Made by a program: the position numbers and the translations under genes. The notes beneath the pieces are model-generated. The model had not been told where the DNA came from, made no database searches, and saw only the letters and a list, made by a program, of their open reading frames with translations. This document shows, in pieces, positions 21,209 through 34,581 of a stretch of 64,000 nucleotides of DNA; position 1 is the stretch's first letter; each line of letters starts with the position of its first letter. Origin of the DNA: Pseudomonadota bacterium (lineage in GTDB: Bacteria; Pseudomonadota; Alphaproteobacteria; Caulobacterales; Maricaulaceae); NCBI GenBank assembly GCA_039819095.1, contig JBCBSP010000003.1:169835-233834 (forward strand), written 5' to 3'.

Positions 21209-21327
21209 ATCCCATGCTAACCGACTAATGCGCAGCATTCCGCGCGACGCAGCACCCGACCTGCGCGTCGATCCAAGACAAACCACCCCGGAACAACCAG
21301 CTGATAGACGCCCTTGCGGAGCCTCCC

Positions 21328-22923
21328 ATGTCAGACGACGCCCTGATCGCCATTCGGCGCGCGCTCATCTCGGTTTCAGACAAGTCCGGCCTCGTGGACC
21401 GCGCCCGGGCCCTGGCCGACGCCCAGGTGGAGCTCATCTCCACTGGCGGCACGCTCGCCGCCCTTCTGGAAGCGGGCCTGAAGGCGCGCGACGCCTCTGA
21501 TGTCACCGGATATCCGGAGATGATGGACGGGCGCGTGAAAACACTGCACCCGCGCATCCATGGCGGGCTTTTGTCTCGTCATGGGCATGAAGGCGATCTT
21601 GAAGCCATGCAGACCCATGGCATTCCCCAGATCGATCTGCTGGTGGTCAATCTCTACCCGTTCGAGGAGGCCGTGGCGTCAGGCGCTGATATCGCCGGGT
21701 GCGTGGCCAAGATCGATGTCGGCGGCCCCGCCATGATCCGGGCCGCAGCCAAGAATCACGCCCGTGTCGCGGTCTGCGTCGATGGGCGTGATCTGGACAA
21801 GGTGCTCGAAGCCATGGCCGAGCATGATGGCGCTGTGCAGTTAAGCCTGCGCGCTCATCTGGCGGCCAAGGCCTTCGCGCGCACGGCCGCCTATGATGCG
21901 GCCATCGCCGAACGGCTGGCTCGCGAAGTTGAAAAACCGGCGCGCAGCGTGTTCGCCACCGGAGGTCTGCGGCTTCAGAAGCTTCGTTATGGCGAAAACC
22001 CGCATCAGGAAGCCGCCCTCTACGCTGCGCCCGAAGCGCGCGCCGGCGTCGCGAAAGCGCGCCAGGTTCAGGGTAAGGCCCTGTCCTTCAACAATCTGGC
22101 CGACGCCGACGCCGCGTTTGAGCTGGTCAGCGAGTTTGACCCGGATGAGCGCGCTGCGGCGGTGATCGTCAAGCACGCCAATCCGTGCGGCGTGGCCGTG
22201 CATGAAAACCTGGCCACGGCGTATGAGCGCGCCTTCGCGGCCGATCCGGTCTCGGCCTTTGGCGGAATCGTGGCGATGAATCGCGCCATCGACGCGGACA
22301 CCGCCGACGCGATCACGAAAATCTTCACCGAGGTCGTCATCGCCCCCAGCGCGGACGATGCTGCGCTCGACATCCTGTCGGCCAAGAAAAATGTCCGCGT
22401 TCTGCTGACCGGCGCATTGGCCGACCCCGCTGAGGGTGGCTGGACCGCCAAATCGGTGGCGGGCGGACTGCTCGTACAGGAGCGCGATACCGGCATGGTG
22501 ACCGCGCGCGAGCTGAAAACCGTGACCGAACGCGAACCGGCCGAAGACGAGCTGGCCGATCTGCTCTTCGCCTGGAAGCTGGTCAAGCACGCCAAGTCCA
22601 ACGCCATCGTCTACGCCAAGGGCGGAAGCAGCGCCGGGATCGGCATGGGACAGACCAGCCGGCTGGAAGCCGCCCGCCTTGCCGCGCGCAAAGCTGAAGA
22701 AGCCGCCCAGGAAAATGGCTGGGATGCCCCGCGCACGCGAGGTTCAGTCTGCGCCTCTGACGCCTTCTTCCCCTTCGCCGACGGCCTCAACGCCGCCGTT
22801 GAGGCGGGTGCGACGGCCGTGATTCAACCGGGCGGCTCAATCCGGGATGAAGAGGTGATCGAAGCCGCGAACGCCGCCGGCATGGCGATGGTCTTCACGG
22901 GCATGCGCCATTTCCGCCATTAG
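21328..22923 (+). CDS. purH: bifunctional AICAR transformylase / IMP cyclohydrolase
   Basis: [12 protein letters not shown]..., [13 protein letters not shown], and the C-terminus [34 protein letters not shown]. Confidence 0.97.
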   Translation: MSDDALIAIRRALISVSDKSGLVDRARALADAQVELISTGGTLAALLEAGLKARDASDVTGYPEMMDGRVKTLHPRIHGGLLSRHGHEGDLEAMQTHGIPQIDLLVVNLYPFEEAVASGADIAGCVAKIDVGGPAMIRAAAKNHARVAVCVDGRDLDKVLEAMAEHDGAVQLSLRAHLAAKAFARTAAYDAAIAERLAREVEKPARSVFATGGLRLQKLRYGENPHQEAALYAAPEARAGVAKARQVQGKALSFNNLADADAAFELVSEFDPDERAAAVIVKHANPCGVAVHENLATAYERAFAADPVSAFGGIVAMNRAIDADTADAITKIFTEVVIAPSADDAALDILSAKKNVRVLLTGALADPAEGGWTAKSVAGGLLVQERDTGMVTARELKTVTEREPAEDELADLLFAWKLVKHAKSNAIVYAKGGSSAGIGMGQTSRLEAARLAARKAEEAAQENGWDAPRTRGSVCASDAFFPFADGLNAAVEAGATAVIQPGGSIRDEEVIEAANAAGMAMVFTGMRHFRH

Positions 22924-22957
22924 CCCAGGCGAGTTCGCAGCGAGGTGAGGGATCGCG

Positions 22958-23830
22958 ATGAGCTGGATTGGATGGAGCCTCGCCGCCCTCGCCATGCTCG
23001 CGGCGGCGGGTGCAGTGCGCTGGCGGGCGATCCTGATGCGATTGATCGGGGCCCATATTCCGCGTCGCGCCTTTGCAGAACATCGCGCCCTGATCGCCGG
23101 CCATCTTCAGCTGCGCCTGCCCGAGGGCGACGGGCCCTTCCCAGTCGTCTTGCTGCTGCATGGCTGCGGCGGCCCGCGCGACGTGATGCCCGCCTACGCT
23201 CAAACGGCGGTGGAGGCCGGTATAGCTGCAGCCATCGTGAACAGCCTTACGCCCCGCGGTATCGATTACGAAACCGCGGTGCAAGAAGTGTGTGGCGGTA
23301 AGCGTCTCTGGGGTCGCGAACGGGCATCGGATGTCTACGCGGCACTCGATCTGCTGCGCCGAGATCCGAAGATCGACAACAAACGGATCGCAATCGGCGG
23401 CTGGAGCCATGGCGGCTGGGCGTTGCTGGATGCAATGGCTCTGGCGCGCACGAACGGTCGCCCGGATGGGCTTGCCAGTTGCCCCGAGCATCCACTCGAT
23501 GGCGTGCAGGGCGTCTTTCTGGTCTATCCCTATGCCGGATTTCCGGCCATCGCAGCCCGGCGCGCCTGGACCTCAGGCGCGCCCGTACACGCCATCCTGG
23601 TTAAAGGGGACGAAAAGGCCGACACAGATGATGCCGAGCGCGTTCTTCAGAGCGCTGAACGCGATGGCGCGCCGGTCGAGCGCAGCTGGTTTGAGGGCGT
23701 GACCCATGCCTTTGACGAAAAAACCCATCGCGCCGACTCTGCGCTACAGTATGACGAGGCAGCCGCCCGACGACTGCATGCGCTGTTCGCCGACTTTCTG
23801 CGCAAGACTCTTGTGAAGGACGCGCCATGA
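22958..23830 (+). CDS. alpha/beta hydrolase, dienelactone-hydrolase-like
   Basis: N-terminal TM/signal segment, LLLHGCGG, the nucleophile elbow GGWSHGG and a C-terminal GVTHAF. Confidence 0.6.
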   Translation: MSWIGWSLAALAMLAAAGAVRWRAILMRLIGAHIPRRAFAEHRALIAGHLQLRLPEGDGPFPVVLLLHGCGGPRDVMPAYAQTAVEAGIAAAIVNSLTPRGIDYETAVQEVCGGKRLWGRERASDVYAALDLLRRDPKIDNKRIAIGGWSHGGWALLDAMALARTNGRPDGLASCPEHPLDGVQGVFLVYPYAGFPAIAARRAWTSGAPVHAILVKGDEKADTDDAERVLQSAERDGAPVERSWFEGVTHAFDEKTHRADSALQYDEAAARRLHALFADFLRKTLVKDAP

Positions 23831-24393
23831 TATCTCTTCGTCAGCTGGGGTTTCGGCTTGCCCTGCCCGGTCTTGTTATGGCGCTGGCGACCGGCTGCAC
23901 GCCTGCGGAGGTTATTCCACAGGAAGAGCCGGTCATCATCTGGGTTTCCGGCGCAGAACCAGGCGAACCGACGCCCGCCATCGGATTGTACCGGAATTAC
24001 GCCATCGAAGCGGCGGGGATGGGCTTCAGCCGCCGGAACCTGGCGAGCCTGGAGACAGCGACCCTCACAGCCCGCTTCCCGCTCAACGGGCCGCAGCAGC
24101 GCTTTGAGGGCCCCGCCCTGTCGACTGTTCTGGCCGCTGCGGGGCGCCCAGGCGCCGGGGCGCGCCTCACAGCGCTGGACGGATATCAGATCGAGATCAG
24201 CGCTTCGATGATCGCCGATCACACGCCCTTGCTGGCGATCAGCCGGGACGCCGCCCCCCTCGCCACCGGCGGATATGGGCCGTCCATGCTGGTCTGGCCG
24301 CGCGATGACGACCCGCGATTGAGCACGATGAATGATGATTTGTGGATCTGGGGCGTGTTCGTGATCGAGGCCATCGATCCGGCTGCGGAATAA
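23827..24393 (+). CDS. lipoprotein with molybdopterin-oxidoreductase-like (Oxidored_molyb fold) domain
   Basis: Lipobox LATGC. The pattern FEGPALSTVLAAAG...LTALDGYQIEI...PLLA...GPSMLVWPRD matches small proteins of this fold. The start overlaps the upstream stop (ATGA). Confidence 0.5.
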   Translation: MISLRQLGFRLALPGLVMALATGCTPAEVIPQEEPVIIWVSGAEPGEPTPAIGLYRNYAIEAAGMGFSRRNLASLETATLTARFPLNGPQQRFEGPALSTVLAAAGRPGAGARLTALDGYQIEISASMIADHTPLLAISRDAAPLATGGYGPSMLVWPRDDDPRLSTMNDDLWIWGVFVIEAIDPAAE

Positions 24394-24483
24394 ACCGCGC
24401 GACAATTGTGCTCTTTCCCTCAGCCCTGACCGCGTTAAGGTCTCCCACAGCAATTCTGCGATGCGACAACACGGGGGAGCGGT

Positions 24484-25968
<1,485 letters not shown>

Positions 25969-25993
25969 TGGATCTGACCGCACACTGAAACGG

Positions 25994-26024
25994 AAAACCC
26001 CTCGGTTCTCGCCGAGGGGTTTTT
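25994..26024. terminator. bidirectional intrinsic terminator between convergent genes
   Basis: AAAACCCCTCGG ttctcg CCGAGGGGTTTTT forms a perfect 12-bp stem with an A-run before and a T-run after. Confidence 0.7.
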
Positions 26025-26833
26025 CACACACCCCAGCGCGAGAACAGTGCCTCAGCGCCCGCATCAAGGCTCGCCCAACCTTTATAGGCGCGCGCCTGCG
26101 GCGGGGCGGCGCGCCAGGCTTCGGCCAGGACCGCCCGATCCGCCGCAGGGATGGCGCTGACCGGATCAATCGAAACCCGGATGGTGAAAAGGATCGCGCC
26201 GGTCTGCGGCAGGCGCCGCACGGTCTGACGCTCCACGCGCAGATGAAGACCGTCCGCCGCACGCGACCCAAGCGCGGCGGCGCGTTCGCGCATGGCATGA
26301 CCTGAGGGTGTGAAACGATCCGGGCCGAGCTGAAGCGTCCAGTTGAAGCGCTCCAGCACACGATCCTGCGCGACATGATCAAAGACCCGGGCGATTCGGC
26401 CACTGAGCCCGGCGCCGCCGGGAACCGGCGCGTGCAGGGCGGCAAGATCGCGATCAAAGGCGTCGTCAATGCTGAAAAAGGTCGGCTGGCAGAGCACCAG
26501 CGCCGACACCAACCAGCCCCCAGCATCCGCCTGCATGATCACCAGGTCATCGCTGATGAGCGTAGCGGCGGCGGGAAGCGGGGGCGCTGCATCCGCCTCA
26601 TTCGCCGGCGCGCCCAAATGAGCGCGGATCAGCGCCAGGGCTTCGGCCTGGGCGGGACGGCTGGTCGCGCGCTCGCGAAACACGGCGGCTGTATCGCTGG
26701 TCAGACGCGCGCGGCGCTCGGGCAGCGCTTCAGCCTCGGTCTCAGGGCGCAGCCAATGCTCAGGCGCGATCGGCATCAAGGCGACGGCAAAGCGCGGCGG
26801 GCCTTGCAGATAGGGCCGGTAGGGCGGACGCAT
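26024..26833 (-). CDS. DUF3445-family protein (heme-dependent oxidative N-demethylase-like)
   Basis: MRPPYRPYLQGPPRFAVALMPIAPEHWL... is typical of DUF3445 N-termini. The start is taken at the internal ATG 26833; the ORF-track start at 26887 would overlap the next gene. Confidence 0.6.
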   Translation of the reverse strand: MRPPYRPYLQGPPRFAVALMPIAPEHWLRPETEAEALPERRARLTSDTAAVFRERATSRPAQAEALALIRAHLGAPANEADAAPPLPAAATLISDDLVIMQADAGGWLVSALVLCQPTFFSIDDAFDRDLAALHAPVPGGAGLSGRIARVFDHVAQDRVLERFNWTLQLGPDRFTPSGHAMRERAAALGSRAADGLHLRVERQTVRRLPQTGAILFTIRVSIDPVSAIPAADRAVLAEAWRAAPPQARAYKGWASLDAGAEALFSRWGV

Positions 26834-26844
26834 CGCTGCCTCGC

Positions 26845-27258
26845 CTAACGACCGAAGATGGCGCGCGCCGTCCGCCCGAGCAGCCATGCCAGCGCAAGGC
26901 CGAGCGCCATGCCGATCCCATTGGCGATGAGATCAAGGATGGAAGGCGTTCGTCCGACAAGATCGGTAGACTGAACGAGCTCGATCAGCGCGCCGTACAG
27001 GACCAGCACGCCAATGACCCAGCCGCGGTGAGTGTTCGGCCAACCGCCCCGGATCAGCAAGGTGAGGGCGGCGAAGGCGGCGATATGCTCCAGCTTGTCC
27101 CAGCCGAGAAGGCTGGATTGACCCGCCGCGCCGGGCATGACGGCGATACCTGCAATCGCAAGGGCGACGATGACGGCCGCCCAGCGCATTTCGCGCGGAT
27201 GAGACGGTTCGAAACGAGCGAAAGCGCGATCGCGGGGATGAGGCGCTGAACGGGTCAT
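26845..27258 (-). CDS. VanZ-like membrane protein
   Basis: Four hydrophobic segments and the GWDKLEHIAAFAALT motif. Confidence 0.6.
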   Translation of the reverse strand: MTRSAPHPRDRAFARFEPSHPREMRWAAVIVALAIAGIAVMPGAAGQSSLLGWDKLEHIAAFAALTLLIRGGWPNTHRGWVIGVLVLYGALIELVQSTDLVGRTPSILDLIANGIGMALGLALAWLLGRTARAIFGR

Positions 27259-27302
27259 GACGGTGTTTGTCGCGCAAGCCCGCGCGCTTGAACAGGTTGA
27301 AA

Positions 27303-27575
27303 TCAGGCGACGCCGATGCGCGGCTTGCCGCCCTGAGCGGCTTCGGACGGACCGAAGGCCCGGTCGAGCTTTGTCGTTGAGTCCTGAGCCAGCTCGATCG
27401 CCGCGCTTAAGTGCTCAAGCACCTGCATGTTGTTCGCCATGACATGCAGCGCCTCGGGGCGGTGGTCGTCGGCGATCTTGGTGCAGCGGATCAGTACGTC
27501 GCGGCGAAGCTCAAGCAGGATATCCTCCAGCTTTCGACCATCCGGATTGCTTTCAGAGATCAGGAAACGGGTCAT
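27303..27575 (-). CDS. small conserved hypothetical protein (about 90 aa)
   Basis: [56 protein letters not shown]... resembles a small alphaproteobacterial protein family of unknown function (from memory). ATG 27587 is an alternative start. Confidence 0.5.
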   Translation of the reverse strand: MTRFLISESNPDGRKLEDILLELRRDVLIRCTKIADDHRPEALHVMANNMQVLEHLSAAIELAQDSTTKLDRAFGPSEAAQGGKPRIGVA

Positions 27576-27703
27576 GGCCGGCTCCATTGAAAAAGGAAAC
27601 AGTGTTTCAGCATAACCCGGCTCATGCGAAGATTTCCTTAATCGCCTTGTCAGACGGCTCCGCAGACGCCACCTATCTGCGCGAAACCATAAAGGATCCC
27701 GAC

Positions 27704-27985
27704 ATGGCCGAGACACTCGCCCCCGCCGACGCCTGCGCGCAATTGTCAGGATGGACGCCAGTCGACGGGCGCGCCGCCATCGAGAAGCGCTATCAGTTCA
27801 AGGACTTCAACGAAGCATTCGGCTTCATGACCCGTGTCGCCCTGAAGGCCGATGCGATGGATCACCATCCCGAATGGTCCAATGTCTATAATCGGGTGGA
27901 GGTGCAGCTCACCACCCATGACGCCGGCGGGGTGACGCAGCTTGATCTGACGCTCGCCGCCTTCATGGACTCCCTCGCAGGCTGA
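27704..27985 (+). CDS. phhB: 4a-hydroxytetrahydrobiopterin (pterin-4-alpha-carbinolamine) dehydratase
   Basis: The [36 protein letters not shown] signature is present. The internal ATG 27704 is used as the start. Confidence 0.85.
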   Translation: MAETLAPADACAQLSGWTPVDGRAAIEKRYQFKDFNEAFGFMTRVALKADAMDHHPEWSNVYNRVEVQLTTHDAGGVTQLDLTLAAFMDSLAG

Positions 27986-27999
27986 TCGGGAAAACGCTG

Positions 28000-28560
28000 A
28001 TGTTCATCCAGACCGAACCCACTCCGAACCCGGAAACACTGAAATTCCTGCCCGGGCAGGAGATCGCGCCCGACCAGCCGCGCGATTTCGCCACGCCGGA
28101 AGAGGCCGAATCCTCCTTCCTGCCCAGGGAGCTGTTCGCCGTTGAGGGGGTCACGCGCGTCTTCGCCGGGGCCGACTTCGTCGCCGTGACCAAGGCTGAA
28201 GGCGTGGACTGGATGCATATCAAGCCCGCCGTGCTGGGCGCGATCATGGACGTGCTGCAGGCCGGTCGCCCGCTCTTTGACGGCGCCGGGCAAACCGGCC
28301 ACGCCGCCTATGAGGGCGAAGCCGAAGGCATCGTGAAGGAAATCCTCGACATCATCGACACCCGGGTGCGGCCCGCCGTGGCGCAGGATGGCGGCGATAT
28401 CGTCTTCCACTCGTTTGAAGAAACCACCGGCCTTGTACGCCTGCATATGCGCGGCGCCTGCTCAGGCTGCCCCTCGTCCACCGCGACGCTGAAGCACGGC
28501 ATTGAGAACCTGCTCAAACACTACGTGCCGGAGGTGACGAGCGTGGAAGCGGTGCTCTAA
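28000..28560 (+). CDS. NifU/Nfu-type Fe-S cluster scaffold protein
   Basis: Nfu_N start MFIQTEPTPNPETLKFLPG and a C-terminal CSGCPSS motif. Confidence 0.9.
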   Translation: MFIQTEPTPNPETLKFLPGQEIAPDQPRDFATPEEAESSFLPRELFAVEGVTRVFAGADFVAVTKAEGVDWMHIKPAVLGAIMDVLQAGRPLFDGAGQTGHAAYEGEAEGIVKEILDIIDTRVRPAVAQDGGDIVFHSFEETTGLVRLHMRGACSGCPSSTATLKHGIENLLKHYVPEVTSVEAVL

Positions 28561-28604
28561 TCTGCGACGCGATCGACTGATTTATCCCTTTCTGGAGCCT
28601 GCCC

Positions 28605-29237
28605 ATGTCCGACGCCCCGCTCGCGTTTGAAGACCGTCATTCCATCCTGCCCGATCAGGCGCTGGATCAGTTGTTCCGCGGCGCCCGAACCTTCTATTCC
28701 TGGGAGGATCGCGATGTGTCGGACACCACGCTTCAGGCGCTTTACGACCTCGTCAAATGGGGCCCGACCAGCGCCAACCAGTCTCCGGCGCGTTTCGTCT
28801 TTTTGAGAGGTGAGGCGCAGGAGAAGCTGCGCGATCATCTGATCGAACCGAATATCGAAAAGACCATGACCGCGCCGGTCACCGTGATCGTGGCGTGGGA
28901 CTGGGAGTTTCACGAGAAAATCCCACAGCTTTTCCCGCATGATCCCGGCGCCAAGGACTGGTTCGCCTCCGACGAGGCGCGGTTTGAAAACGGCTTCCGC
29001 AACGCCACCCTGCAAGGCGCCTATCTGATGATGGCCGCACGCTCACTGGGGCTTGATTGCGGGCCGATGTCCGGCTTCGACAAGGACGGCGTCGACAAGA
29101 CCTTCTTCCATGGCGACCCGCACATGGGCGCCTGGCGCACCAACTTCCTCGTCAATCTCGGCTATGGGACGAATGACAAGCTGTTCCCCCGACTGCCGCG
29201 CCTTGAGTTTGACGAGGCGGCGAAAATCCTGACGTGA
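28605..29237 (+). CDS. nitroreductase-family protein, RutE/malonic semialdehyde reductase-like
   Basis: [48 protein letters not shown] is typical of the RutE-like subgroup. Confidence 0.8.
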   Translation: MSDAPLAFEDRHSILPDQALDQLFRGARTFYSWEDRDVSDTTLQALYDLVKWGPTSANQSPARFVFLRGEAQEKLRDHLIEPNIEKTMTAPVTVIVAWDWEFHEKIPQLFPHDPGAKDWFASDEARFENGFRNATLQGAYLMMAARSLGLDCGPMSGFDKDGVDKTFFHGDPHMGAWRTNFLVNLGYGTNDKLFPRLPRLEFDEAAKILT

Positions 29238-29908
29238 GCCCCAGCGCCGCACAGCCGGAAGCCGTAACGCTCGCAGTCCACACCACCGGTCCGTATTGCG
29301 CCGTGCGTCTCCAATACGGCGAGCACGCCAGCACGCGCATTGAAGCGATGGCGCGCGGCCACGCCGAAGCCCTGCCGGGCCTGGTCGAGGCGGTGGTTCG
29401 CGAAGGCGGCGCCCGCCCCGAGAACATCACGCGGATCGCGGTTGCGACAGGCCCCGGCGCTTTTGCCGGCACGCGCGTGGGCATCGCATTTGCGCGCGGT
29501 CTCGCCCTGGCCGCGAATGCACTCGCTGTAGGCGTTCTCGATCTTGACGCCCTCGCGCTTGAGGCTGACAGCGATGGCGGCGAGCGCATTTTCGCCATCC
29601 ATGACGCAAGACGCGGCGAAGCGGTCTGGCGCAGCTATATCCATGGCGAGCCACAGTCAGAGGCTGAGCGGGGCGCGGTCGAAACCGCCTTGGAAGCAGC
29701 GCGCGGCTTTGGGCCAACCCTGATCTGCGGGAGCGGCGCGGGGCTGGTGTCGGGGGCAGGACCTGAGGCCCGGACCATAGAGCCGGCCGCCCCGCCGCTC
29801 GCCGCCATGGTCGCACTGGCGCGACAGGCCGGACCGGATGCGCCGCGACCGGCGCCCTTCTACGCGCGCCCGCCCGACGCCAAGCTGCCCGGCGGCGTCA
29901 AGCCCTGA
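29234..29908 (+). CDS. tsaB: tRNA t6A biosynthesis protein TsaB (YeaZ)
   Basis: The [21 protein letters not shown] motif is present. GTG start overlapping the upstream stop. Confidence 0.8.
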   Translation: MSPSAAQPEAVTLAVHTTGPYCAVRLQYGEHASTRIEAMARGHAEALPGLVEAVVREGGARPENITRIAVATGPGAFAGTRVGIAFARGLALAANALAVGVLDLDALALEADSDGGERIFAIHDARRGEAVWRSYIHGEPQSEAERGAVETALEAARGFGPTLICGSGAGLVSGAGPEARTIEPAAPPLAAMVALARQAGPDAPRPAPFYARPPDAKLPGGVKP

Positions 29909-30607
29909 TCAGGCGATCCGCGCGAACGCCTCGCCGACCGCTTCAAAACACTCAAACACTGCGGCGGCGCCAGCATCGCGCAAGGCCCCACCATGACCGG
30001 GCGGACAGTGACCGCCGCCGGTGAACCCCCAACAGGTCATGCCCGCGGCGGCGGCCGCGCGAACGCCGTTCGCGCTGTCTTCGATAACCAGGCAGGCCGA
30101 TGGGTCTGCGCCGAGCGCGTCAGCCGCATGCAGGAAGAGGTCCGGCGCAGGCTTGGCGCGCGCCACCTGATCGGCGGAGTAGACATGGTGGCCGAAGAGC
30201 GGCGCCAGGCCGGTGCGCTGAAGCTTCATGGCCAGCGCTTCGGTCTTCGAAGAAGAGGCCACCGCCCTGGCCAGCGACAAGCCGCTTGCAAACGCGTGGG
30301 CGCCGGCAATCGCGCGAACATCCTTTTCCACCGCAGCAATGCGGCGCTCATACAGGCTTTCGAAGAATCCCGGCGGCAACGGGCGAGAAAACCGGTCATG
30401 GCAGTCAGCTTCCAGCGCCGCCTCGAACTCCGGCTCGCCCATGCCCAGGAAGCGCGCAATGAAAGCGTTGCGTTCATAAACGAGGCCGATCTGCGACAGC
30501 CCGGAAAGCTCCACCTCAAGGATAAGGCTTTCAGAGTTCACCAAAACTCCATCACAGTCGAAAATAATCGCTTCCACGCCTTTGCTCCATGCCGGACCGG
30601 ATCTCAC
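29909..30607 (-). CDS. HAD-superfamily hydrolase (beta-phosphoglucomutase-like subfamily)
   Basis: IIFDCDGVLVNSE (DxDG motif I) and IEDSANGVRAAAAAGM (motif IV). The alternative GTG start at 30577 (VEAIIFDCDG) is more typical. Confidence 0.8.
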   Translation of the reverse strand: MRSGPAWSKGVEAIIFDCDGVLVNSESLILEVELSGLSQIGLVYERNAFIARFLGMGEPEFEAALEADCHDRFSRPLPPGFFESLYERRIAAVEKDVRAIAGAHAFASGLSLARAVASSSKTEALAMKLQRTGLAPLFGHHVYSADQVARAKPAPDLFLHAADALGADPSACLVIEDSANGVRAAAAAGMTCWGFTGGGHCPPGHGGALRDAGAAAVFECFEAVGEAFARIA

Positions 30608-30609
30608 TC

Positions 30610-31062
30610 ATGGCGAACCCCACCACAGAGCTTACCCTTTCCAAAGCCGGACCGCAGAGCGCCGCGCTTCTGGCGGCGATTCATGCGGACGCCTTCGAGC
30701 GGGGCTGGCAAGAGGACGAGTTCTTCAAGCTTCTAAGCCTGCCGACCTGCCAGGGGGCGTTGGCCGCGCAAGGGACGATTCCGGTCGGCTTCATTCTCAC
30801 CCAACAGGTGATGGAAAGCGCGGAAATTCTAACCCTCGCCGTTGAGCCGGCGTATCGCCGCCGCGGGGTCGCAGGGCAGCTGGTGCGTGAGGCGGAACGC
30901 CAGACGCGCGCCGCGGGCGCCAGACGCATGATGCTGGAGGTCTCTCGCCGCAACGCAGCCGCCCTGGCGCTCTATGATGCCGCCGGGTACGCCGAAGCGG
31001 GCCTGCGCAAAGCCTATTACCCGGATGGAGCTGATGCGCTGATCCTTGCCAAATCGCTGTAG
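30610..31062 (+). CDS. rimI: ribosomal-protein-alanine N-acetyltransferase (GNAT)
   Basis: GNAT acetyl-CoA motif LAVEPAYRRRGVAGQL, and the gene lies beside tsaB. The ORF-track start at 30589 would overlap the divergent HAD gene. Confidence 0.75.
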   Translation: MANPTTELTLSKAGPQSAALLAAIHADAFERGWQEDEFFKLLSLPTCQGALAAQGTIPVGFILTQQVMESAEILTLAVEPAYRRRGVAGQLVREAERQTRAAGARRMMLEVSRRNAAALALYDAAGYAEAGLRKAYYPDGADALILAKSL

Positions 31063-31149
31063 GTTCAACGTCGAACCCTGCTGGACAGGCCGCACGCGTG
31101 CTCGCTATCAAGGCATGCGCCCTTTGGTTAACCCGCGCAAGGAGACGTC

Positions 31150-31569
31150 ATGCCGGACCGGATCGAGAAGCTATGCGTCGCCAAAGGTCTGCGCATGACC
31201 GAACAGCGCCGGGTGATCGCCCGCGTGCTGTCGCTGGCTGACGATCATCCGGACGCTGAAGAGCTGCACCGGCGCGCCTCGGCGGAAGATCCGCGCATCT
31301 CGCTGGCGACCGTCTATCGCACGGTGCGCCTGTTTGAGGAGGCCGGGATTATCGAGCGTCATGATTTCCGCGACGGACGCTCGCGCTATGAAGAGGCGCC
31401 GGAAGAGCATCACGACCATCTCATTGATCTGAAAACCGGCAAGGTGCTGGAATTCGTCGATGAGGAGATCGAACGCCTGCAGGAGCGCATCGCGAAAAAG
31501 CTCGGCTACAAGCTCGTCGATCACCGGCTGGAGCTTTATGGCGTGCCGCTGGATGAAGCGGACAAATAG
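31150..31569 (+). CDS. fur: Fur-family metalloregulator
   Basis: LRMTEQRRVIARVL...ISLATVYRTVRLFEEAGII...HHDHLIDLKTGKVLEF. The subtype (Fur, Mur or Zur) cannot be decided from sequence alone. Confidence 0.8.
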   Translation: MPDRIEKLCVAKGLRMTEQRRVIARVLSLADDHPDAEELHRRASAEDPRISLATVYRTVRLFEEAGIIERHDFRDGRSRYEEAPEEHHDHLIDLKTGKVLEFVDEEIERLQERIAKKLGYKLVDHRLELYGVPLDEADK

Positions 31570-31694
31570 GCTTTCGCGCGCCGCGCCCTTGCACGGGCTA
31601 TCCACATTCCCCATAACCCCTGATCTCGCGACGGGCCTGAGCCTTGCGCGCGGATCGACATGGGTATGCGCCGGCGAGGAGGCCGGTTGATGTG

Positions 31695-33109
<1,415 letters not shown>

Positions 33110-33113
<4 letters not shown>

Positions 33114-34120
33114 GCCGTTCTCCCCGCCCCCGCCGGACCCGGCCCGCCCCGTCCGACAGCCTTCAATTTGAAAACGCGGACGCCGTTCGCACGATGTCCG
33201 GGCCCGGACATGAAAACCTCGCCGTGCTTGAAAAGGCGCTCGGCGTGCGCATCGAGGCGCCTGGCGGCGGAGAAATCTCCGTCTCCGCTGAAGATGAGCG
33301 CCTGCGCCGCGATGCGAGCCGCGTGCTCAACGCCCTCTACGCCCGCGCGAACGAAGGCCTGCCGATTGACCCGGCGGCGGCGCGCGCCGCCTGCCTGATG
33401 GCCGGTGAAAGCGACCCCGATGCGCTGGACGCGGTGATCCGCGTGCCGCGCGGGACGAGCTTCGCCGCGAGAACCGAAGGCCAGCGCGATTATGTGCGCG
33501 CCCTGAAGAATGCCGACGCCTTCGACATGGTGTTCGGCGTCGGACCGGCCGGAACCGGCAAGACGCTTCTCGCCGTCGCTTATGGCGCGTCGCAACTCGC
33601 CGCCGGCATGGTGGAGCGGCTGGTGATCACTCGCCCGGCGGTGGAGGCGGGCGAACGGCTCGGATTCCTGCCTGGAGACCTGGAAGAGAAGATCGACCCT
33701 TATCTTCTGCCCATCTGGGATTCGCTGCGTGACTCCCTGGGTCAAAAGCTGAGCGAGAAGATGCGCGAGGAGGGCCGTATCGAGGTCGCCCCGCTCGCCT
33801 TCATGCGCGGGCGGACGCTGAACCGCGCCTTTGTCATAGTCGATGAAGCCCAGAACGCGACGGTGGCTCAGATGCGCATGGTCCTGACCCGGCTGGGCGA
33901 AGGCTCGCGCATGGTCGTGACCGGGGACCCGTCCCAAACCGATCTCAATCCGCGCGAGCCCTCCGGGTTGGCCCATGCGCTCGCCATCCTGGCCGATGTC
34001 CAGGGAATCAGCGTCAATCGCTTCACTCGAAAGGATGTGGTTCGCCACGATCTTGTCGGCCGGATCGTCGCTGCTTATGAGCGCGCCGACGAGCATGTCC
34101 CCGGTGGAAATACGGCATGA
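33110..34120 (+). CDS. phoH: PhoH-family ATPase (YbeZ)
   Basis: Walker A GPAGTGKT plus VIVDEAQN and [11 protein letters not shown]. The proposed GTG start overlaps the miaB stop; ATG at about 33194 (MSGPGHENL) is an alternative. Confidence 0.88.
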
Positions 34121-34575
34121 GCGGGGACGGCCTGGCTGACTTTATTCTCGAAGCGGCGGGCTGGTCGCAGCTGAACGCGCTTGAGCCGCGCTGCCGGGCC
34201 GCGCTGGCGGCGGCGGCGGAGCGCGCCGGCGATGTGCGAACCGGCGCGGCGGCGGTCCTGTTCGCTGACGACGAGACGGTTCAGGAGCTGAACGAGCGGT
34301 TTCGCGGCAAGGACAGGGCGACCAACGTGCTGTCCTTTCCGGCGCCGGAAGCGGAGCCCTACCCCGGCGACATCGTTCTGGCTTATGAAACGTGCAAGGC
34401 TGAAGCCGAGCAGCGCGGTATTGCGCTCATTGATCACGCCGCACATCTGGTGGTGCACGGCTTTCTGCATTTGAATGGGTATGATCACCAAGAAGAGGAG
34501 GACGCGCAGGTGATGGAGCGTCTCGAAAGTGAGGCTCTATCCGCGGTCGGAATCGCCGACCCCTACGCTGACTGA
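34117..34575 (+). CDS. ybeY: rRNA maturation endoribonuclease YbeY
   Basis: HLVVHGFLHLNGYDH zinc motif, and a 4-nt overlap with phoH. Confidence 0.9.
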   Translation: MSGDGLADFILEAAGWSQLNALEPRCRAALAAAAERAGDVRTGAAAVLFADDETVQELNERFRGKDRATNVLSFPAPEAEPYPGDIVLAYETCKAEAEQRGIALIDHAAHLVVHGFLHLNGYDHQEEEDAQVMERLESEALSAVGIADPYAD

Positions 34576-34581
34576 TACGCG

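Noticed and set aside
24394-24483. I looked for a glycine riboswitch upstream of the alanine/glycine:cation symporter
   Set aside because: The 90-nt spacer lacks the conserved glycine-aptamer core sequences that I can recognise, and it is too short for a tandem aptamer.
31589-31617. Sigma70-like TTGCAC-N17-CATAAC upstream of miaB
   Set aside because: It is a plausible but weak match, and alphaproteobacterial promoters cannot be called reliably by eye, so it is not reported as a feature.
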